Shown here piece by piece: positions 25,627-38,449 of a stretch of DNA of 64,000 bases. The stretch is from Klebsormidium nitens. Taxonomy: Eukaryota > Plantae > Klebsormidiophyceae. Location: positions 62,001 through 126,000 of the forward strand of contig DF237189.1 of assembly GCA_000708835.1 (NCBI GenBank). Direction: 5' to 3'. The stretch's first letter is position 1; each line of letters opens with the position of its first letter. The notes under the pieces are model-generated. The model was not told the origin of the DNA. It was given only the letters and a program-made list of their open reading frames with translations, and did not search any database. The position numbers and the translations under genes are program-made.

Positions 25627-28165
25627 TCAATCGGGTGCCTCGCCTGCTAGATCCTCACTTTCCTTGGCAAATCCGTCGTCCTCCGCCCCCGCTGATTTTG
25701 AACTCTTTTTACCTACGCTAAAGTCCAAGCCCTCTATATGGGGCAGCTTCTCTGCCACGTCCCATCCTTCCTGCGTCAAAGAGACTGCCGCATAGGGGGT
25801 CATCCACTGAAGCATGTCGAATGCGTCCCGGCTCTTTATGAGAATGGTTGACAATTTTGGGTGTTTCCCTCGTACCTTCAGACCGCGCTCTTGTACCAAC
25901 ATCCCCGCATGATTCAAGCTTAACACTCCCCCTGGGCCCTTGGAGTGGACGGCCCGCATCAGAAAGAGGACCACTGCTAGTTCTTCCTCCGTCAAAGCCT
26001 GCAGAATCGAGCAGACTGATTTAGTTTGGACCAACGAATTCCTCCTCGAGATAACGGAAAAAAAGAATCTCACGAAACAAGCACGGTCAGCAGCCACTAC
26101 ACACGTCTGGTAAACCCGAAACATCAAGGCAAGTGAAAGCCCGCATGACAGGCGTCTCTATCCTCGTGTCTCGACCTAATTTCTCTTCATCATTACCGAA
26201 ACTGAGCAGACTTGAAACACGGACTTTAAGATCACCATGTGCCCTCGAAAACAGATCCAGTCTTCGACGCAACAAACACTAGGCCGCATGTGCCATGTTT
26301 CAAATCGCCTCCTTCCTGTGCTTTGGGTTCCAATTCACTACGAGAGCTGTCATTCTGTCAGCCAGAGCTCAAAACCAATCGGATGGGGCAGGGATTGTCA
26401 CGATTCACTTGCAAGATGCGCCTTGAAGTCGCATAGTTTGACCCGGTTCCCCAGCAAACTCATCATTGCTTTAGGGACCCAAAGCAACGGTACAAAAAGG
26501 TACAACTTAGCACTCATAGAGGCCCAGGTCTCCCTGCTCAAGTTTCGAAGCACAAGAAGGACCTCAAAGAAAAAGGTGTCCAAGGCAAAGGCGAAGTCGA
26601 GAACATTCTCACCTTGGCCTTCTCCTCCATCTCAGCTTTCCTCTCCACATCCCCGACATACACTCCGTCCCGGAACCGCTGCATCTGATCGCTTCTCAGA
26701 TACAACCGGAACTCCCTCGACAGTGGCGGGGGCGTCCTCAACCGTCCCTGCTCGGTTAGCTTAATCCGGATCATCGGGGTGCCATATCCGTCAAAGTCGA
26801 AGAGGTCCAAGTGCTTGTAAACCATTCGGGTCATGCGCTGTAACCCGGTCAGGTCAACTCCGGAAGCGGGGTGCTTTGCGAGTGCGGACAGCCAGCAGAG
26901 GTAGAAGCCGTCGGAGGGGATCGGGGGCTCTTGCAGGACGGCCACCAGGAAGTCGACAAAGCGCCGCTCGCGCTCCTCGAAGCTCAGCTCTTCAAAGTCC
27001 TGAATGGCAAAAGGTCCGACTTCCGAAATGAAAACATAACCTTCCAACCAAAGATCATCATCTTTTGGCTTCGCAAGAACGTCGTGCACTGCGAAGTTTG
27101 CAGTTTGATTCAGATAGAGATTCATTGCAACACTCAAACCCCATACAGCAACTCCGGATATTGGTTGACAACGAGTCCATGGTCTTATCGGGCCATCGTT
27201 CAGATCCATAGCAAAAGAAGAAGGGTCTAATGTAAGCAGTAGGATGAAGTGCCTGGCATGGAGTTCAAACGAACTTCATGCCAGATCTTGGGTGGTGCAG
27301 AAGGAGGGAGAGTTCCAAAGATGTCCAAAGGATTCGGTGTCTGCTTAAGTCAGCTGCAGTGGGAGCAGCTTGTCTGCGATCAGGAATAAACTCGTTCCAG
27401 AGGGCACAATGTCCATTGATTACTAAAACTTGCCAATTGAAGGAATGCATATGCTCTCACCTTCGATGGTTTCTGCTTTTTCAGCTGGACATACTGGTTG
27501 GCTGAATTGTATGCGAACAGGTTGGGGTGCTTCTTCAGCAGCTGAGGCAGGGCGCCCTTCTCCAGGTGGAAACCCGCTGACCTCAGAGCCTCTGTCACTC
27601 TTGGAAAGAAGCTCCTCTTGCCAACTGAGTTGTCAACAAACTCCCGAACAAAGTCAACGATCTTCCTTTCGGTCGCCTCGTCTATTCCTTCTATTGGCAA
27701 AGCAGCCGGCTCCTCAACTTCGCCCTGTTTGTTCTTCTGCGTTCGACGCATGCTGTCACTTCCTGCTTTTACCGGGTCTTTATCCTCAGCTTTGTAAGAA
27801 GTCTCTGGTTGGACCCCAATGCTTGTCCGAGATGAGGCAGATGTCGCTTGAAAGCTCATAGTTGCCCCGGGCTCGATGACTGACGCACAACCCCGTAAGA
27901 ATAGGGGGTCCCAACAAAGTAAAGACACACCAATTCGCAGTGGCGCCCTCAGGGGAAAGATCTTGCCACCCGCTTCTGACAAGCTCCGGTTGCAGAAGCC
28001 TCTGAAGTTTGCTGCGCGCGGACTAATTAGGATGCCTCTGGTTCGGCAAGAGCGTGGAATACATCGCTCCAGTGACATCAGCGAGGCGCAGAACCTGCCT
28101 CCCTGCAATCCTGTTGTAGCCATGGTCCTAGCCGCCACCTTGCAGAGGGTGCGGCAGCATAGCAT
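25627..28165 (-). CDS. Unknown multi-exon protein with an N-terminal organellar transit-like peptide and possible winged-helix-like segments
   Basis: Long ORFs 28165-27461 (donor AAG|gtgaga), ~27209-26613 (donor AAG|gtgaga), 25998-25627 (acceptor ctgcag). The R/S/L-rich N-terminus resembles a targeting peptide. The exon 1-2 junction is unresolved. Confidence 0.65.
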
Positions 28166-29435
28166 GACAGGACCGAGGACTTACATCCAGAAGTGCAGAG
28201 AGCCACTCATCGGCTTTAAAGAATCATACTCAGCCCTGACTGCAGCGTTGCAGAATGCTGGTCTGCTGGTGTGCAATTCTATGCTTAGAGAGCTTGTCCA
28301 GAAGCCACCAAGTCAACTTCATCAGGCGGCTAGGAGCAGATCGAAGAAGGCTCCTTTGGCGCCACCATTGTTCATTCTTTTTGAACCAGTGGCAAAAGTT
28401 TCTGGCAATGGCCTGCCAAACGGTCCAAATTGAAAATCATGCGACGACCATGCATGCATTGCCATTTGCATGGCAGCAGGAGTGTTGGCCTGCTTGAACA
28501 CTTTTCAGGGGGGTTCGGCACAAAGTCTCCTAAAACATTGCCGGGAAATAAGAACGGCCCGTCAATCACTCTTCAATTGGCCCGGTTGGCCATTGACACC
28601 CCGTGCCGGTTTCCCTTTGAACACATCCTGCCCAAAGATTTTCACAAGGTCACCGGGGGGTACGTGTGAAGCTGTTCAAACCTAGCTCGAGCATGATCAG
28701 TACCGTACGCTGAGTACCGTACGCTGAGTACGCTGCCATTGCTGCATGGCTGCATTGCAGATTTGTACGATGGTTTCCGGGGGGTTTCCGAGGCCCAGTT
28801 AGGGCGCAGAGAAGCGAAGCCGAAGGTCTACGTAGATATCATTCCTAAAGGGGTTTCCCCTCCATCTGCTGAAAGCTTTTCACTTTTCACGTGCTGCCAG
28901 TGCTTGACGTGATTTGCACGATGAGGGCCATAATATGTACTTCGATCAGATTTAGCAACAAAAGATTGCCGAGAGTAGTCTGATTTTGTGCTGCGTTCTC
29001 TGAGCTTAATCTGTACCCCATACGGCTGGAGAAGTAAGGCAAATGTGCGCCTGCTAAAATCTTCAAATGGCATCAGCTGAACTGACAATGAGCGCCACGT
29101 GGGGTGTCCTCAAGTCAAGAGGACCGAAGCTCGGGTTGAGAGAGCAGAGCACTCTGGTGCACACCACCTGCACAGGACAGAGTAAGACTAACATCTCCTT
29201 TGGCTGATGTATTTTTGTGCTTTGGATATGAGGACTACCACCAGCCATATATCAAAATGAGAACTTCTTTTTTGAAGTTTTGCTTTCTGGTGAAAGTCAG
29301 TCCAGGTCTGCCACTGAGCTTTCACGAGAAACAGAGATTGCTTGAGCTGCTCTGCTCCGCAGGGTGTGAGTGTGAACAGGATTCACCGAGTCTGCACGGA
29401 AGGATGCTGCCATTTAGAGACAGACCGCAACAGCA

Positions 29436-32400
29436 TATGGGATGTGAAGCAAACTCATACAACAAAACCGCGTGTTTTCGTTTCAGCAACGCTCTCACTT
29501 GGCTCTCCAAAGAGGTGTTATCTGATATGCATTGTTCTTGTCCTCCTCTTGCAGACCATGCACATCAACTTCAATTCAATCAATTTGCACCTTGGAAAGC
29601 TGGAACCAGCCGAAGAAACGGGCGCCATAGACGCCCCTGGACTAGGTGCAGTACAGCCAATGATGGACAGTCTAGCAACGGCCCGTCGCTCTTCTCCCTT
29701 GCTGCAAAGGGACTGCTTGTACAACCGTTGAGCCTGGAAGAGCAGGTTGCATTAGAAAAGCAATCCGAAGAAAGCCGGCAGCCTGCGGATACGCATTCTA
29801 GTTCTGTTCCCCTGTCTGGCTTGGTCAAAGGGCGGGTCCTAAGTTTGGCTGAGCAAGTGGAACTAGAGCATACTGCTGGCAACACGGAATCTGCAACACC
29901 TGGAGAGGCGCCAAGAAATGGGAAAGCAGGGACCGCTTTCGGACTTGGGGCTATTGAGGCTCCTGAGAGGCCAGGAGACGGGAACTCAAAGGATGCGGAA
30001 AGCAGCGGGCAGCTTTCTCTTTCTGAAGTTGCGACGGGGTTCGGGGGCCGTGCGTTGAGCTTAGAGGAGCAAGTCGAGTTGGAACGACAAGCGGAGGAGC
30101 AAGGAAACGAAAGCCCCGCGGGGAAGCCTGTGGATAAGGGATGGGAAAGAAACGGGTCGGGAGAGACGGGCAGAGGCGAGGGGGACGGCCGAACTTTACA
30201 GCCGTTCGATGAGAGGCAAGTAGAAATCGAGGCGGCCTTGGGAAAGAAGTTGCAGGAAGTGTTGAGGGAAGAGGGATCGCTGCAGCAGAGGCCGGACGAC
30301 CGGGTTGGTCCAAATGGAGAAGCGTCCGGGAAATTAGAGGACCTTGAAATCGGAAGGGGTGTCCTTAGCACAGGTGGCGCTAGTGAAGCCAAAAGTGGCT
30401 CAAGTCCGCCCCCGTTGGAGGTGTCGCTTGCCGTGGTAGATTCCTCCCAGGCGGAGCATGCTCTTGCGACGCTTCGGGCGCAGGTGTTCTACACGTATCC
30501 AGACGTTGGAAAAATGACAGCGGCGCAGAAAGTGACGGCGAGGTCCGAGTTCCGGATGAAGCTCAAGGAGAACATGCAGGAGGAGAAGGGGATGGTGAGC
30601 TCAGCCTCTGATCATCAGCCTTCAAATCATCGAGCAAACCATCCTTTTTGAAGTACTTTTCTCTTCTCAACCTCGGTCTGAGAACTCAGTCGTCCTCGAG
30701 CGTCCTACTTCTTGGCTGCGGTGCATGGAACAGAAACAAGAACCGCAGGCTGCAAATTGTTTGCAAATCTGCTCGAAGTTTTTGCACAAGGTGGATCGAA
30801 CTTTCACGGCTTGGGATCTTCCGTCCTATGTCGCACTCCCTTCAACGCGAGCCGACACCCAAGCTCAGCGGGGTCTCAATTCCATAAAAGATTGGAAAGC
30901 GATTTGATGACGAGACCCGAAAAATCTGCCGCAAAGCTCGTACCTTTTGCCTCTGACCTCAGGAACAATGCCCATTTGAAGTTGCCGTTTGCACAGTCGA
31001 GGGGCCCTTCGATCTCGTGAAGGATCAACCAGACTTTTCCTTAGGCGTTTTCAGAAAGGGCCCATTTCCGTTGAGAGTGTCTTTGTGAGCACCTCGGCAA
31101 GGGGCTCGTGTAGTCTCCCAGATCCCTATACTGCGGCTCTTTGGCAGACCCCTCCGATTTTGTCTCTTATAACTGAAGAATGCGATGAGTTGACCTTCTC
31201 AATGACAGCGTCCGAGTATCTGACGACCTTCCCGAGCCGCTACGAAGCAGCCCAGATTCGTTTATATTTCTTCAAACCTCCTATTTTACATCCGCAAAGA
31301 AACTGGGTACATCGAATATCCGTCCAGAACAATGCTGTCATCTCGAGCCTTCCCAAGCATCCCTGCAAACATCTCCCAAACTTAACCGCAGATGGTTCCA
31401 AGCCCTCCTTACCCCTGAAATCTCTCTTAAACCTGTCCGTTATCTTTCGTAACCCTCTCCATAACCACCTTTTGCCAGATCGACTTTTTCCGGGCGGTGA
31501 AGCGGCCCGAGCACGCGGTGCTCGCGCTGTGCGACCTTCCGTACTACCAGTCTCTTCTGTCCGAACAGAGTGCGCCAGGCCAAGCGTCCGAACCGGACCC
31601 CTTCCGTGACGTCATCCTGCGGCCCGCAACTCTCAAGCGGAGAGAGACGGTCACGGACGGCCTGGGCAGCTTCGAGGTGGAGCACGAGATGGCCGTCATC
31701 GCCACTTTCGCGCTTCAGGTGAGTCGCAAACCCTGGGTTAACAGAGGGGTTAAGGATTCTGTGCTTCACCGATGATGCGTTTGACACGAAGTTGCAGGCT
31801 GTAATTTGTATCCTGCACAAGCGTCACTCGTAGTTGGGCCGACGTGACGTTTCTGAAACGCGGGCAGAAGGCGTATTTCAATCAAAAGTGATCTGCGGTT
31901 AAAGCCAACCCGTCAATTTGTTGCGGCCGCGACCGGGAGTACAAAAGATTGGACGGAAATCGGACGTGCGAGACTCCGCGTCGATCGCTTCTGGTTGCTT
32001 TGTTGTTGGTAGCAACCTAGCCGGGTTTATGCACTGGGTCCTCTTGTGAGGAGTCTAAGCCCTGGCTTTCACGTTGTCTGCCTCCGCATGATCTAGGCTC
32101 TAACAATTTATGGAATTCGCGTGGTATCGAAGACCTAAGCAGGAAATCCTGCTCTATCAATCAGCCTCTCCTAGAGGTCCGTCTTTTTTTTGACCCTCCG
32201 AAATCGACACTTTGCAGGTAGGATCAAAGCTGTCCGGCCAAAACCTGGTCGGGGCAAAGCCGCTCGAGGTCCCGCTTCAACGGAAGGAACGAGGGTACCT
32301 GTACAGCGTTTGCGTGTTGCCCACTTTACAGCGGAGGGGCTTGGGGCGTTACCTCGTGGAAGAGGCGAAATCTCGAGCGAGAGAGATGGGTATTAAGCAC

Positions 32401-32544
32401 CTCTATGTGCATGTTGAGCTTTCAAACGAAAGAGCAGAAAAGCTCTACAAAGAGACAGGGTTTGTGACGGAGCAAGTTGAGACGGAGGAGCTTGCGAGGA
32501 ATCTCAAGCGGCCGAGACGACAGATGCTTTGGTGCGAGCTCTGA
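29436..32544 (+). CDS. GNAT-family N-acetyltransferase with a long acidic N-terminal extension (start uncertain)
   Basis: Exons ~29436-30594, 31479-31718, 32218-32544, all phase 0. GNAT motif A 'YLYSVCVLPTLQRRGLGRYLV' and motif B 'LYVHVELSNERAEKLYKETGF'. Confidence 0.88.
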
Positions 32545-33632
32545 TCAATGTAGCTATGCTGGTCAGTTGCCGGACTGGACATTGTTCAGGTTCGTCGAAA
32601 CTTCTGGTCGAATACGCAGTGCGAACGATGGGGCGGTCCCCGTACACGAGTTGCAAAATCATGAGCAGACTCACCTGGCCTGCAATTGACGAGAATTGCA
32701 CTGCTACAGCCATCTTCAAACACATACGAAGATCCTACTACTTTTTCCAAACCAATGGACTTAATGACTAAAGCACGTCTGACGACCCTGTCCGCGGCGG
32801 CTGCCATTTCGATCGCCAAAATGATATCGACTCAGGCTCGCGACGATCATGTGAGCCAGGCATTGATTGCAGCCGCATGCACATTAGCATGCTTGAATGT
32901 TGCCATATTGCACATATATATCGATCTGCATGCATGAGAGATACATATAGGCACAATGTTCACTTATATGAAGTAAGTTCCGGCCTGCAGCATGCTGCTT
33001 ATAAACGGCCGGCGTTAAGAATTTGCATGTACATACGGTCGGATGGACTAGCTCTGGAACAATTTCATGCATACCGTCTGTGACCATGGTCCGTGCATGA
33101 TTCGACAGTACACTATAGAGATTAATTAAAAAAGCGTGCAAGCGCCGCTGCGCAGCCGGTTTCAGAGACTTTGTGCATGGCGATTCCGCTTGTGAGTCGG
33201 ACATGTACAACTCTAAAAGTTGCTTTTGGTATGTCAGTGTGGGGTCACGTCCAGAGTTATGTTCTTGTCCATGCAGACAGACAATTCGAGTAAGACTTGA
33301 AGGACATCTTAGTCATGGTCCGACACATCTTTGTTCCAACCTTTTTCAGACTCCTCAAATCCCAAGTTTTGAACCTAGAGCGGTGACGGCGTGGCCCCCT
33401 TGACTAGGCGCGCTGCGAGTGACTTCTTACCCAACTCTTCTATAGATTGTCAACGTTTCTACTGCGTGCTTGATCTCGTGCAAGAGCGGGATTCACTGAC
33501 TTCAAAGCAAACCTGATTGTCGAGCTTTTTGGGGGCAATTCAGTATCTGACAAGAGCGTACACGGATTATAAGAAGTGCCCGTGACTGAGAAAGACAAAA
33601 AGCTACAACCAAACAATGTTAGCTCTCTAAAG

Positions 33633-36600
33633 TCAAGGTAAGATGTCTCGGAATGGTTCTCGGCCAGGCTCAATGACACTCGTCGATGACGAATCAAACA
33701 AACACAAAGGCGGGTCCGCCAGATAGCTGTTGAAGCTCCCCGTTTGCGCCATATACCCGATTAGCAGGTTGTCAAAGTACTGGTAGTTGAGCTGTCGCTC
33801 CGAGGCTTTCAGCACCTGACCAGACGAAGTTGACGGGTGAGAACAAAGAGTTTGCACTAAACGTATTTGGCTACTCCAAAGACGTCTTTCTCTTTCGTCC
33901 GTTGAACTTTCCGCCAGCCAGAAGCAGTATGGTCAGTCGCCAAAACCCCAATCGGCGCAAGGTAAAATCCCACAGAAAGCCATCCGAACATGTCCGATTG
34001 CAGACATCCGCACCGCAATTATCGAGTGAAAACGCTCCAAGGACAAACCATCCTCTTCTACTTGTGGAAATCCAACCTGGTTTTCAAACCCTTGGTCCAA
34101 ATCACGAACAACCACGCAATGATGACAGTGGATAGGCAGCTACATCACCTTCATGTGACGGAAAACTAGTATCGAATAGGGAAGCCATCGAAGACTTGTA
34201 GCTCCAAAGACCACCTTCAGGGCCGCCAAACCACCAATTGCCCACAACCAGAACCTCTCGTTGACTCTGTGAAAAGACGACCCAATTCGTCCAAGTAGAC
34301 CCTCCATAGTATCGTAGGTTTCCACAAACCCCCAAGTCCAAAAGTCAACCCGAAAACAGCGTTGCCCGTTGCACTGGGAATCCCTCCCCGCGACTTGCAG
34401 ATCCTACGAGCTGCCCAAACATTGAAGACCCATTCTAGAAGATCGAATGCATCACCCGCAGAGTTACCCGTCGATATGGCCGCCCAATTGATGATGACGC
34501 AGAGCATGCAACCCCAAATGTTGAAACCGCCCAAACCCAGATTCTGCAGATCCGCAAAAGCCAACCCTAAAACATGCAGAACCGTCCTGACCTTACCACG
34601 GCCTCCCGTTCTGGGAGGAGGCCGAGCATACTGCTGTGGATCTTGCTCTGATTCGAAAACCTAGACTCGGGAATCTGTATATGCAAAAAACATACCTTGA
34701 TTGCGGCCGCCGGGTTGATGACGACGCAGACCGTGCAGACGAAAATGCTGAACCGCCCAAATTTTAAAAGTCAATCAAGATAACCGTAACATACAAACCT
34801 ACCTTAACCGCAGCCGCCCGGTTGATGATAACGCAGAGCGTGCAGCTGCCTGTCTTGAGGACCCTGACCCCCTCCCCGACGAACTGGCCCAGCGTCTGGC
34901 CGTGCTTGCGCATCGAGCACGCGTTGAGCGCAAAGAGGTCCCAGTCCACCGGCAGCTGCGCCATCGTTGCGTTTCAGCCGCTGCAGCAGGTCGCTGTGGA
35001 ACGGAGTGAGGGGAATGAGGAGCGGAACGGAACAAAGGCAGATGGCATGAAGCGGCGAGAAACGTGGCAGCTAACGGCACTCAGCTCTGTCGGATAGTCG
35101 GTACGAAAGTGGTTTGGGACTCTTTGACAAAGTGGGAGCTCTCAGAAATCGGCTGAGATGTACCGTAACTAACATGGCCGTTGGAACGCTGCGGTCTTGA
35201 GAAAAAAGAAGGGTACGGAAGCAGTGGCAGGCGGCTGGTTTTGATCAGTATCAGACGAGTTTTCGATGATCGGTGCGAGGTTTAGAAAGACAAGGCGGAA
35301 GTATCCAACGATCCGCCCACCTAGAAGGCTGCGATATCGACAAAGATAGTGCCGAACGAAGAAACTTTGGTGGCGATATCCGCTTGCTTGAGGGCTTATC
35401 AATTCGGTCCAACTCGTTGCCCTAAGCCCGTTGCAATCATCCTCTTTGATATATTATCGACCCTTTCGCTCGTAATTACAGCTGACCTTGCCGCATCAGT
35501 CAAGGTGGGCCAGTCACAACTCGGTCAACGGTTCCGATTCTGCTGAGCCTCTAAATGGAGAAAGGGCGACAGTGCTCACTTCGAACAGTGTGGTACGTGT
35601 CATCTATGCTTCAGGAATAAATACAAACCCGGCAAAGCACGACAAGATCCAACGGTGGCTGGCCAACAGAAGTAAATCGAAACACCGAGAGAAACCCAGG
35701 AGAAGTACACGTTCTGAATTAGCGCGAGCGAGAAAAAGGGACAGACGAAAGAGGAGGCGAAACCACCGAGTCGAAAGACGGCTTCTCAAGAAAGTGCCGA
35801 CCAAGAGAGACCAAGGGAGATCGGGGTAAAAGGCGGCCAAGAGGCAAGATCTAGAGACGCGGACCTTGCGGCAGCACGAAGTCGTCCTCCATTATCATCG
35901 CAATCGGCACGTTGTCCGCGAGCATCCGGTGCAGCAGCCGCAGGTTCGTGACGTCAGTCGCAATCTTCTTGCGCTGGAAAGGCGTTCCGCCCTCGTAAGC
36001 GCGCCCGCTGCTCAGAAACCATTGCAGCTGCGGACGGGTCGGAGATTGCGGACGTTTGGATCGGGTCCAAAGGTGGCCGACGTTATATTGGTTTAGTGAT
36101 GCGTGAGAAAAGGGATGTGATATGGGTGGAAAAAGGAAGTAAGGCACGGCTCAAGTTAGTTCAAGAGAGTAGGGAGCTGAATTGACGAAAAGAACTAGGT
36201 ATATCAAGTGCAAGCTGAAAAGGAAGGTAGTAGCCCCAAACGGAGTCCCCCGGGCTGAGGAACGGAGCAGCGCAGGGCCGAAAAGATAGACCGACAGTGG
36301 GTCTGTGAACGATGCCATGAGAAACGAGTACCAATTGCCTCCTCCTATGGTGCATCGGCTCCCCCTCAGATGCATCTGCGTCCTGCCACCGGCCGACCAG
36401 AAGGAATGACCGATTGCAAGTACCCATCGATACAGAAGCCCCATTGACAGAAAACGACACAACTTCTTAACTTGTGTTTTAACTTGTGTTTGTCCTCGCA
36501 GAGGATTTCCAAAACAACGTCAACCCAACCACACTCCGTCGACTCAAGTCCTCACCGCAGCACAACCTTTCCAACCTTCTCAAATTAAAAGGCCTCACCT

Positions 36601-37872
36601 CTTCTGGAGGTATCTCCTCCCGCATCCCATCAATCGCATCGACAAACGAGTAGTTCAACCTCTGCCCCGCCATCTGCCGCCGCACTTTCTCCCGCCGCTC
36701 ATTTGGGCTTTTCAGCGAGACGACCCACGCAGGCATCCGCTCTAGTTCTTGCGGATCCCGCACATTCCCGTAGCGCTCCATTTTGGCCTTTGCGGCCATC
36801 AGCGCGTTCCACCGGACCAACTGGATCCCCTCCCTGGAAAGTAGAATGGTAAAAATCCGAAATCGGGATCGGGATCTCACAATTCCGGACTTGGAACACT
36901 CAAGCTTGCGCGGGTGGCCGCTTTCGAGCTGGGCACAGAGTTGCCTTACAAACATCTAGTTCTATAAAAAACAATCTGCTGATGGCTCATTGGGACCTCA
37001 CCCATTCATGGGGAGTACCCTTGCAATAGCCCAACCCATAGTGGCCGTACTTCCTTTACTGATGGGGGCAATACTTATTAAAGGACAGCAATCTCAGCGT
37101 AATGAACAGCACAGAGAGGGTCAACAAGGGATGCTCAGCATCATAAACCTCCTCAACGGCAGCTATGTTATTTGTCTGAAAAAGTGGGGAATGTGGACTA
37201 AATGATCAAATCTCAGCCCAAACCCAAACTCTGGCAGGTGCTATGCTTTCCACATTGTTGACCATTGACGTACGAGGCACCCCCTTACATTTGAACCGCA
37301 ACCGGTGCCTTTTAGAAACTGACAAATCTGGTATAGAAGGGCGAACAAGGAGCAGCAAGCGGATGCACTAGGCCCAAACTCGCCATACACTCGCTACAAC
37401 TTGGAATCTCAGAGTGCCTGACATTCACTCTGCTTCTCAGCTCCATTCTCACTTTGCAACGCCACAGGATCCGCTACTGATTGGTTTTACTGCAGGGGCG
37501 CCATATCACAGCTGCTTCTAAAATGGTGGTCAAACTTCACCGCCAAAAACTTATGCAGAGACCTTACAAAGCTACACATAGATTCATTGTGACGGCTTGC
37601 TCAAAAGCCTGCAAACAAACTATTCAGACATACGTTTCAGTATGTAAAGCATCGCCTCACCTAATCTTTGTGTACCCTGGCCGATGCATGTCCTCCAAGA
37701 AGAGGCCAACCGACGTCACGAACAACAATGCAGCGCACAACCATGGAATCATCCTGACGACCCTCTCCCGCAGCAAACTTTGCGCCACCCTTCGACAGCA
37801 CCTCCCCTTTCGAGACTTGCCGCGCTCGGCGAAGGCACCCCTCGGCTTTGCATCCTCAAGCTCGGTTTCCAT
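33633..37872 (-). CDS. Type II membrane glycosyltransferase family 25-like protein, with an apparent 1-nt frameshift
   Basis: Exons 37872-37661 (TM 'IPWLCAALLFVTSVGLFL'), 36833-36599 ('WVVSLKSPNERREKVRRQM...YSFVDAIDG'), 36027-~35870 ('IAMIMEDDF'), 34993-34803 ('LPVDWDLFALN...CTLCVIINRAAAVK'), 33815-33633. The motif order matches GT25/Glyco_transf_25. Confidence 0.75.
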
Positions 37873-38449
37873 TGGAACGACAAGGAACGTCGCCTCTGCT
37901 AGGAATGTTTGAAGGGGACACTCGGGGCGGTCTCTCTCCGGGCTCGTGCTCTTATCGCAGGTGCGGGGCCCCGCTCGTTGAGACATTGCTGGGCGAGTGG
38001 CAGGAGTGGGGTCCAACGCGGCCACCGTACATCTTTTCCAGCGTGACCGTTTGCTAGAGGGCTCTACAAACAAAGTCCAGAAACATCGTTTCAGAGGAAC
38101 TCAGGAAGAGAACTCCAGGCTAAACCCTGCATGAGGCTGTGGGACTAGGGCTAAACCCCATGACGGAGAAGCTAAAACCCTAAATCTGAGGTATTCTATG
38201 GCCAAAGCTAAAAAGTGGCGGGAAATCAAGGGGAATGCAGTCACGCCTGAGTGGCAGCCCACATGATGATCATCATGTTGGCCAAACGTTTGCATGGTGG
38301 GCCGTGGCACTGCATGCTAGTGGAGCTACACGAGTAGGTAGCCTTTCTGTAGAGGCGCATCCGTCTTCTGGGCTCCACGCTGATCCACGAGAAGCCAAGG
38401 GGCGGATCAGGTTGGGGCCTTGAATTAGTGGGCGGTGTATTTTGGCGGG

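Noticed and set aside
28697-28735. 14-bp tandem (gagtaccgtacgct) as a second MITE end
   Set aside because: It shares only ~11 nt with the MITE terminus and no partner inverted repeat was found.
29580-30392. 270-aa minus-strand ORF
   Set aside because: Antisense shadow of the GNAT N-terminal exon.
35488-35829. Basic Arg/Lys-rich plus-strand ORF
   Set aside because: Reverse complement of a pyrimidine-rich GT25 intron; compositional artefact.
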